Shown piece by piece: positions 54,203 through 64,000 of a DNA stretch of 64,000 bases. A program made the translations under genes and the position numbers. Numbering within the stretch: position 1 is the first letter of the stretch; every line of letters starts with the position of its first letter. The notes below the pieces were generated by a model. The model was not told the DNA's origin and ran no database searches. It saw only the letters and a program-made list of their open reading frames with translations. Origin of the DNA: Paraspadella gotoi (Eukaryota > Animalia > Chaetognatha); contig CM119268.1 in NCBI GenBank assembly GCA_051294375.1, positions 5,768,147 to 5,832,146 of the forward strand. The letters run 5' to 3'.

Positions 54203-57200
54203 AGAGAGAGAGATGAGAGAGAGAGAGGAGGAGAGAAAATTGTGATAAGGAAGAAAAGGGGAAATAGGAAGATAACAGGACGAAGTAAATATGGGATGAA
54301 GAGGGAAAAGCGGTTATAGGATAATGTTAAATAACATGTGGGAAATAAATATTAACTAGGGATAAAAGAAATAAAGGAAAATTGTGTAATGTAAAAGAAG
54401 TTTTCAAAATGTCAGAAAATAATTTAAAAAGAAAGAAAGAGAAAAGAGGAACCTTTACAAAAAAAGGATAAAAGAAAAGAAATAGCAAGAAATGACGAAT
54501 GTGAAAAATATAAGTATTATAATTTGATATAACAACATAATGATTTGATTTAATGATGTTAAAAAATATATTTTTTTTAAAGAGTGCGTCCTATTTCATC
54601 ATCCCCTTAACTATCCGCATGTGTTTCAATTTTAAGATAATAAAAGACATTCATCAAATTGTTTCGTCTTTATCTTAATTTTCACTTTTTTAACTTGAAA
54701 GGAAGTATAAATGAAATAATAAAAAAAAGAACTGTAATTCCTACTTGTTGCACCACTGTGACTTTCTGACACATGTATTTCGGGGTTATGTAAATTTTGA
54801 ATGTATATATGATACAGTATTCGTATAAAATGCTTTCCTCGTCACCTCCTATTTTTTAAATCCTCTTCAATCTCAACTCACAAACGATTTCACAAAAAAA
54901 CCGAAGCCTCTTTCTCTTTTCTCCCCTTCCTCACCTCGTCCTCTTCCTTACTTTTTTTAAACTAACCCTGCCGCCTTTTCCCCCATCCAATTTTCCTTTT
55001 TAAACCCACCCTGCTCCCTTTTCCCTTTTCCCCCATCCACTTTTCCTTTTTAAATCCACCCNNNNNNNNNNNNNNNNNNNNNNNNNNNNNNNNNNNNNNN
55101 NNNNNNNNNNNNNNNNNNNNNNNNNNNNNNNNNNNNNNNNNNNNNNNNNNNNNNNNNNNNNNNNNNNNNNNNNNNNNNNNNNNNNNNNNNNNNNNNNNNN
55201 NNNNNNNNNNNNNNNNNNNNNNNNNNNNNNNNNNNNNNNNNNNNNNNNNNNNNNNNNNNNNNNNNNNNNNNNNNNNNNNNNNNNNNNNNNNNNNNNNNNN
55301 NNNNNNNNNNNNNNNNNNNNNNNNNNNNNNNNNNNNNNNNNNNNNNNNNNNNNNNNNNNNNNNNNNNNNNNNNNNNNNNNNNNNNNNNNNNNNNNNNNNN
55401 NNNNNNNNNNNNNNNNNNNNNNNNNNNNNATCCACTTTCCCTTTTTAAACCCACCCTGCTCCCTTTCCCCCCACCCACTGATTCTCCACCCAACCCAAAC
55501 TCTTCCACGTCAAAACCGTAAATGATAAACGAGGAGAGGAATTTAATTCCCCACCAAACGTCATTTGTTTGTGAGCGAAGGGATTTTCACTACTGGGCGA
55601 CGCTGGCGCCAAATCGACCGCGGCGGCCGGCGGGGGAAACAGAAAAAACAAGGAAAAAGACACAGAACCAAGAGAGCTGCTCAGGAAAAAGCAGGAAGGA
55701 AGAAAAGAAAAAAGAGAATTACCTAGGAGAAGAAAAGGCAAGCACAGGAAAGGAAGCGAGAAAAAGGAGAGAAGAAGAAAATGTGAAAGACGGAAAGAAA
55801 GACGACAAAAAGAGAGAACAACAACAAAATGGAGGCAAAAAAGAAAAAAAGCAGGAGAGGAGAGAAGGAGAGAAGAGGAAAAAAGCAAGAAGCAATAGAC
55901 AGGAGAAAGCGAACGGTGAAAATAACCAAGAATGAGAAAGAGCAAGAAGCTTGAGAGAACAAAAAGGAAAGAAAACAAAGGACAGGAGCAAAAACAAACA
56001 TAGGGAAAAGAGAGATCAGGATTAGGGAAACATTAAAACAGGAATGTGACGAGTAGAAAAAAAAGAAAGTAACAGCAGGAGGTTGGGGAGAAAAGAAGAC
56101 CACGAAGAAAGAGAACAAGGACGCAGAAAAAGAAACAGAAAAGACAGGAAAAACATGAATACGGAGAAGAGGGAATAGAAAAAAAAAACGGCGGAAACAA
56201 AAATACGAACAAGAAAAAGAGGAAAGAAATAGGGACGCCGAAAGACGGAACATAGATAGTCGGCAGCGGGGAAGAGAAAAGAAAAACAATAAAGAAAAGA
56301 GAAGGAAATTGATTAAAAAAACAAACAGAAAGAACGTAGAAAAAAATCATGAGAAACGAAAAAGAAAAGAAACAAGCAAAGAAAAGATAAGAAGAAAGAG
56401 AGGGAGGGCCACCATTCTTTTTAAAGAGAAAGACGAAGTGAGGGGAAAATATCTGAGACGTAGACTTCTTCACACGGTCGCGTTCCGCGCTTCACTCTTA
56501 ACCGGACCCCATCCACATTGGCCAAGAGAACAACAACGAGAGACCATCTTCGGCATGAAAAGAGAGGAGAAATCAATTTTTCCCAATCTTCTGCAAACAG
56601 TAAGATCTTGAGGGAAAAATAGACGAAACGATCATTATTAAATCCTTCTTCATTTCAATTTGAAACATAAACAAGAAAGTAAAAATACGCAGACACCGAT
56701 GAGTAAACGATGGGGAAAAAAAAAGAAAGGCAAATAGATGGACAAGTATGCGTAAAGAAAAAAAATATTTGTAATCTTCGCCATTTTTAAATTACGGATT
56801 CAAATAAAAAAACGTTACTGCTATCGGCAGCTTCGTTGTTGTTGGTGTTCAATTGTGGTCGTCGTTAGTGGTCAGTTAAACTGTGGTCGTCGTTGTGGTC
56901 GTTATTTCTCGTGCCGTTGTGTGTCGTGGGCGGAAGAGAGAGAGAGAGAGAAGAGAGAGAGGAGAGGGAGACCGATGGAGAGAGCAGAGACGGAGACGAG
57001 ACGAGAGAGAGACGAGAGAGAGAGAGCAAGACAGAGGACCAGAAGAGCGAAGAGAGTGGAGGTGAGAGAGCCAGACTACGCGGGACGCCGAGAGGAGAGA
57101 GACGAGAGGGGAAGAAAAAGAGGAGAAAAGACCCGAACCGGCACGAGAGACGAGGAAGGGAGGGAGAAAGGTCAGTCTTTCTTATGCGACGCCGGTCCAG

Positions 57201-57710
57201 TTTCAAAAGAATCTATAATAATTGTGATTTGGTTTAACCACCATTTCCTCCTCTTGACAAGCACACCAAACCCAAAAACCACAAAAAAGAACCCAAAAGC
57301 GATCTTTTCAATTACATAACGTCACTCATATCGACAAATATATTTATGCGCTATGAGCTTCATCACCCAGAGTAATGTACTGACAAGAAACTTAAGCGGT
57401 TTTATGCAGCCATAAAATTAAACTCCCCAAATTGTTGAAAAAAAGGCGTAATGTCTACGGCCAAGAGTATAGTCATTTGCACTTAACACCAATTTCCTGG
57501 CTATTTACCTGAAAACAATTGAATACGCCTATAGACATTAGATCCGGAAACGAACAATTTTGCTTGTTTAACGAGTTATATGACAAAAAAACCAACACTT
57601 TCATAAAACAAATAATTTTTAGTTCAAAATTAGAAAAATCTAAAATTGGAAAGAAAAATGCTTGAAAGATGCTTCTTACTAAATTTCGAGGCGGTCATTC
57701 GCATGCTTGT

Positions 57711-57754
<44 letters not shown>

Positions 57755-58621
57755 AGAGAGCAGAGATGAGAGGAGGAGGGAGGGACGATCGATCGACGGC
57801 AGCGGAGCGAGAGAGAAAGAAAGGGAGGATGAGGATGGCCGGAGAAATGAGACTGGACGAGAGAGGACGCGACGAGGAGGAGGGAACCGAGAGCTGGAGG
57901 AGCAGGGCAGACGATAAATCTTCTTGAATTGTGGAAAAATAAAATTTTATTGCAAGAAAAAGCCCCAAGGAGGCTTTTCATTTGGGCAACGGATTCTTCT
58001 TCAACGAAGCGCGTAATCAGGAGGAGAGGAGAGAACGGAGAGAGAGTCTGAGAGAGAGAGGAGAGAGAAGACGACGACGGGAAGAGGAGATCGATGAGAG
58101 TACGGAGAGGCGAGCGGGGAAGCGAGAGAGCGGAGAAGAGAAGAGTCTAGAGAATGAACTGGAGACGAGGCGGAGACTCGAGGGGGGGGAGGATGAATAG
58201 AGATACAAGCGGAGAGACGGGACAGAGCGGGGATGAAGGGAGACACTCGAGAGGGGAGGAGGGCTGGGAGGGAGAGAGTATCATGGTCCGACGCTGCTGT
58301 GAATGGGAATTTCGCGCTTCTTTCTCCTCTTCCTCATTTCCCTTCCCCCTCTTAGCCAAATAAAAACACATTTGCTCCTTATTTTTTTTCTTTTTCTTCG
58401 CTCTCCTTTTTTTTTCTCCATCCCCCTTTCCCCCTTTTCCCCACCTTCCTCCCTCCATTACTGCCACACTGTGTGGGTTATATGCTTCAAACAAACAGCC
58501 GTTAGGTTTTTTGAACCAATTCAAACCGCCTAAGTTACTTTCTTGAAGTAGTTGTGAGCTTATGGTCTGTGCTTTCCGTTCCATTCTGTTTCTGTTAAAA
58601 TTTGTTCCCTGTTTCCTCTCT

Positions 58622-58719
<98 letters not shown>

Positions 58720-61700
58720 CAAGCTTCAGCGCGTCGAGGTTCCGGTTGTTCTAAGATTTTGTGATGCCTGATCCGGTTTTATGGTTTCGTCGTCAACGTC
58801 ATCGCGTTCCCGGTTGCCAAGGCAACGGCCCCTCGTACGTTCGGCGCTTCGTCATATGTTTTTTATTCTTCTCGGATTTCGTTTTCAACAAAGTTACAAA
58901 GTTACTCTTTGTAAGTACAAGAAGTGTGTTTGAAGGCAGGAAACTAAGTTCTACTATTACTAATTCACTTTTTAAAATCTGAAATTTTATAAAATTAAGA
59001 AAATTATTTCGCTTATAACAATATAGTTCCATATTTTTTTGATAGTTAAATCTAAATTTATAAACACTCTCATTTTCATTTAAAATAAAAATAATTAATA
59101 TCTTCTATCAGAGTCTTTCTACCAGTATAAATTTAAATTAAACTCAGGCAAACCCTGGTTGATGGAAAAAATACTATTATTGAATGTAATTAATATATAA
59201 TAATAAAAATATAAAAAAAATATTTTTTTACTAATTTTTCTAGCTTTTTTTAAATTAATCTTTGAATCTCTCTCTTCTCTCTCGATTTAACGAATATAAC
59301 TTCGTCAAAGATCAGTGATAATAGTGATATAAGTGAATAAGCGCAGTGTGATAATCATGGAGAGAAGATCGGTACTGAAAGCGATGAAAATGGTCGTCGA
59401 AATCAAGGCGATCCACGTACCAGTTCCAGGTTGTGGTCCACGTTGGTGGTTCGAAGTGTGGGTAAAAGAGGAGAGAGAGGAGACAGGCAGACAGACAGAT
59501 CTAAGTCACAAAAAGAAATGATATACTATTAGAATAGAAAAAAAATTGAAACGAAGTCAGTTTGAAATGTTAATTGAATAAAACGGGGGTCGATACGAGA
59601 TACTTGACATTATTCGGAAGACAACCAACAATATTCAGCAATATTGAGAGCTGAGTATTTTATATTTTAAACAATTGAACACGCTTTCAATTCTTTTGTA
59701 TTTTTAACTTAGAATGGAACCAAATCTAAGAGTATAAAAGGAATTAATTTGAATTAACGAAATTGATGAAATTAATGGAAGTATAATCAGAATTACGCGG
59801 TCGTGAAACTTCCATGCATCTTTTGTTTTTTTCAAACTGGCCCGTTTCCCTTGTCAAGTTTTCTATCGACGATGCGAGAAACGAACTTAAATTCTCCGCG
59901 TGTGAGGTCAGCACGAGTCCTCGCCGGAAGAGTCTGGCTCCGGTCTCGAGTCTAACTTTGCTTTGTCGACTCACGCCCATGTTTGACCACACTTCTTTAC
60001 TCTTTCTGCTTTTTATTTTTTTGAGCGAATTTGAAAAATTCTTCGCTGTTTTGATTCGATTTGCCAGAAGAAAACAAAAACCAAAACAAAAAAATAAAAA
60101 CGAAACAAGTATATAAAATGAATTACTAGTCAATTACATTTAAGACTTGAAAATTCAAAAACAATGTATTTCGAATTTCTCAGCGAAACTTTTTTTTTTT
60201 TCATTCCGTTTGAAAAACTTTTAAAATAAAATCTCAAATGATTTCAATATCTAAGTCGATTTCTCAAACCGGTTCGATCGTTGATAAATTACGCTCGTTA
60301 ATTTTATTTATTTTCTTTAAATGTATTAACCTAGCAAGAAATTAAGGCTATTTTTACAAACACTTCTTCTACTGATTTGATCTCTCAAACAAATAAGGTT
60401 GGCTGTCGAGACGGATTGTAACTTGCGTTGAAGGAGAGGTTGGCCAGTGTGGGCGAGTGTGCGTTCGTGTGCTCGACTGTTGAGATATTCTGTTTTCTTG
60501 AGATCTGGTTCGTTTGATAAATATTTGTTATAAGTTGATAAACAACGTATGACGAGAAAAGTCTTCGATTTTAGATTAGCCTCTATTGCTGAAGAAGACT
60601 TAATAACGTATGCTATTAGAGAGTAAAATAAATTTAGAATTAATTAACTTTAATAATAAATGTGTTGTTAATGTTTAATTTCCAAATAAATACGAAACAT
60701 TGAGAGAAATTTTTTTATAGGGCCACAAATTTTTCGCACTTATCACTTGATCAATAATAATATTATTATTATTTTTATATTATTATTTTCATTATTATTA
60801 TCTGTATTACTACTATTATTATTATTATAATTATTATTGGATATTGTCATTATTATTTTTTGTATTTATTTATTATTTATTTATTTTACTTAATAATGCC
60901 TTAACTAGTTAAAAAGGTTGGAAAAATGAAAAATGAGGAAGAGAAGAGTTGAAATAAAAAAAATGGAGAAAAGAAAAGAGCGAAACAAGGGAAACGGAAA
61001 GGGAGGGAGAGGAGGAGGAGAGGGAGAGATAGGAGAGAGAGAGAGAGGGAGAGAGAGAGATGAAGAGGAGATGGAGAGAGGAGCGGGAGGAGAGAGAGAG
61101 AAGAGAGAGAGCTCACTATGTGCGCGATGGTGCTGAGTCGACAGAATGACGATCTCCTCTTTTCGCTGGAGATGGATAATTGATGGTTGTAAGGGGGAAT
61201 TAAGAGAGGGGAGAGAGAGGAGAGAGGAGAGAGGAGGAGAGGAGAGAGAGAGAGAGGAGAGAGAGAGAGAGGAGAGAGAGAGAAGGGAGAGAGGAGAGAA
61301 ATTGTGATAAGAAAGAAAAGGGGAAATAGGAAGATAACAGGACGAAAGTAAATATGGATGAAAGAGGGAAAAAGCGGGTTATAGGATAATGTTAAATAAA
61401 CATGTGGGAAATATTTAACTAGGATAAAAGAATTTTAGAAGGAAATTGTGTATGTAAAAGAAGTTTTCATAAATTGTCAGAAATATTTAAAAAGAAGGAA
61501 AGAGGAAACAAGAGAACCTTACAAAAAAAGGATAAAAGAAAAGAAATAGCAAGAAATGACGAATGTGAAAATATACGTATTTAAATTGATATAACAACAT
61601 AATATTTTGATTTAATGATTTTAAAAAATCTATTTTTTTTAAAGAGTGCGTCCTATTTCATCATCCCCTTACTATCTGCATGTGTTTCAATTTTAGATAA

Positions 61701-62740
61701 TAAAAAAACAGTCAATCCAAATTGTTTCGTTTTATCTTATTTTCACTTTTTTAATTGGAAAGGAAGTACTAAATGAAATAAAAAAAAAGACTGTAAATTC
61801 CTACTTGTTGACCACTGTGACCTTTTCTGACACATGTATTTTCGGGGTTATTAAATTTTATGGTATATATTGTACGTATTCGTATAAAATGCTTTCTCGT
61901 CACTCCTATTTTTTAAATGCCTCTTCAATCTCAACTCACAAACGAATTACACCTAAAACCCGAAGCCTCTTTCTTCTTTTTCTCCCCGTTCTCACCTCGT
62001 TCCTCTTCCTTACTTTTTTTAAACTAACCCTGCCGCCTTTTCCCCCATCCAAATTTTCCTTTTTTAACCCACCCTGCTCCCTTTTCCCTTTTCCCCCATC
62101 CACTTTCCTTTTAAATCCACCCTGCTCCGTTTCCACCATCCAATGTTTCCTTTTTTAAAACTCCCACCCTTTTCCCTTTCCCCCTTGTCCCCCACCCACT
62201 TTTCCTTTTTAAACGACCCTGCTCCTTTTCCCTTTCCCCCACCACGTTTCCTTTTTAAACCCACCCTGCTCCGCTTTACCCCTCTTCCCCCATCCACTTT
62301 CTCTATTTCAACCACTCCTCTCCCTTTACCCCTTTTCCCCATCCACTTTCCCTTTTTAAACCACTCCGCTCCCTTTAACCCCTTTTCACCATCCACCTTC
62401 CTTTTTAACCACCTGCCTCTTTCCCCCTTTCCCCCACCCATTTCCTTTTAAACCACCTGCTCCTTACCCCTTTTCCCCACCCACTGTTTCCTTTTTAAGC
62501 ACCATTGCTCCCTTTCCCCCTTTTCCCCCACTTTCCCTTTTTAAACCCACCCTGCTCCCTTTCCCCCCACCCACTGATTCTCCACCAACCCAAACTCTTG
62601 CCACGTCAAAACCGTAAAATGATTTAAACTGAGGAGAGGAATTTTAATTCCACCACGTCTTTGTTTGTGAGCGAAGGAATTTTCACTACTGCAGGCGACG
62701 CTGGCGCCAATCGACCGCGGCGGCCGGCGGGGGAACTACA
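49740..62740. repeat. Multi-kb near-duplicate blocks (49740-51050, 51100-55640, 57180-62740), no recognisable ORF
   Basis: Same unique islands recur (50650-50830, 51850-52030, 58720-58920; 52300-54960 vs 59300-62030) with indel noise and N gaps. Confidence 0.8.
62025..62575. repeat. C/T-rich minisatellite (CCCTGCTCCCTTTTCCC...CCACTTTTCCTTTTTAAACCCA); also 54965-55480 across a gap
   Basis: Direct inspection. Confidence 0.85.
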
Positions 62741-62824
62741 AAAAAAAGGGGCAAAAATAAAGAAAGGTTGGAGAGGTAGAGAGAAGAGAGATGAGAGATN
62801 NNNNNNNNNNNNNNNNNNNNNNNN

Positions 62825-62861
<37 letters not shown>

Positions 62862-63366
62862 GTGGATAAGGAGGCTGGAACGGATGAACAAATGAATGAA
62901 TGAATGAATGAATGAATGAATGAATGAATGAATAAATGAATGAATGAATGAATGAATGAATGAATGAATGAATGAATGAATGAATGAAAGAATGAATGAA
63001 TGAATGAATAAATGAATAAAGGATTGAATGAAGAATAAAAGCGAGAACTGTAATTCGAGGAACTAACGGATGTTCAAAACGCCATGACATGATAAACATA
63101 AATTTATTCAAATGCTTATAAAATTTCAATTAATTGTAATATTAGTATTATTTCTTGTCAAGCTTTAGACGCTTACGCTCAGCCTGACCCAGCCACTACC
63201 TGTCTATCCCCTGCTTTACCTTGCTTCATTATGTTTTACCCTCTCTCCCCATGCCTCAACCTCTTCTCCAATTTCCGCTTTCGTCTGAAAAATCGTGAAA
63301 AATTTTCACTTTTTATTTCATCAACAAAATATTTGTTTATTTTTTTTATCAAAGCTATTTTTCTTT

Positions 63367-63408
63367 GTCACGTGATCAACGCAAAGGCGTGAGTCGAGGT
63401 CACGTGAT
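63367..63408. promoter_or_regulatory. Paired GTCACGTGAT extended E-boxes (USF/MiT-TFE CLEAR-like)
   Basis: Identical 10-mers at 63367-63376 and 63399-63408 in a CpG-rich patch. Confidence 0.5.
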
Positions 63409-63536
63409 GTCGTTTTCGTCGTCTTCGTCGTTGTCTTCGACGTCGTCGTCGTCGTTCCCTTGAATATCCGACTTAAAATTTGGGGGAAACCAGCTCGAGG
63501 ATTTTTTTTCTTTCTTTCTTTCTTTCTTTCCTTTTT

Positions 63537-63612
<76 letters not shown>

Positions 63613-64000
63613 TTTTTCACTTTCCTTTATGTCAGCTTTTACATTTACATTCTCCCTATTTTCCTTTTCCTTTTTTCCTTTTTCTCTCTTCCCTTCCTCC
63701 CTCCCTTTCCTCCCTCTTTCCTCTCTCCTTCCTCCTTTCCTCCCTTCTCTCTTCTTTTCCTCCCTCCCTTTTTCCTTCTCTTCTCACTCTTCTTCTCCCC
63801 TGTTCCTTCTTTCCTCCCTTCTCTCTTCCATTTCTTCCTCCGTCCCTTTTTCCTCTCTTTCTTCCTCTCTCCTTTCTTCTCTTCTTTTTCCTTCCAAAAA
63901 TTATTCTCCTTTCTTCTTCCGATTCATTTACTCTCAAAATTTTCACGGTTTCCTTCACGACTTTTTTTCACGGCCGTCGTCGTCGTTGTCGTCGTCGTCG

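Noticed and set aside
37222-63958. Many long ORFs of ERERER, LSLSLS, F/L/S-rich or K/R/E-rich composition
   Set aside because: Translations of (GA)n/(CT)n and purine/pyrimidine tracts; no coding signal.

Overview
Intron-rich, microsatellite-laden animal (probably invertebrate) genomic DNA. The first ~19 kb is clean; beyond ~20 kb it is gappy, indel-ridden and contains near-duplicate blocks. Genes I could splice by hand with consistent phases: (1) glycine N-methyltransferase, + strand, 7 coding exons, 1285-4130; (2) a class C-I TRIM E3 ligase (RING-Bbox1-Bbox2-coiled coil-COS-FN3-PRY/SPRY), - strand, ~17-18 exons from ~27.1 (or 35.2) kb down to 6091; (3) two paralogous, signal-peptide-bearing, GPX4-type selenoprotein genes on the + strand (7041-9468, 11234-13287). 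Both GPx genes have an in-frame TGA at the catalytic position and their own 3'UTR SECIS, one with a non-canonical UUGA core. Both GPx genes and a damaged tRNA-Leu(TAA) lie antisense inside the 8.1-kb last intron of the TRIM gene, which splits its SPRY domain. Also present: two MITE-like families, a ~370-bp foldback palindrome seen at filled and empty sites, intronic repeats that copy splice donors, and several promoter-like motif clusters. I could not support any protein-coding gene between ~36 and 64 kb, and most duplications there and at 20-35 kb look like assembly artefacts.
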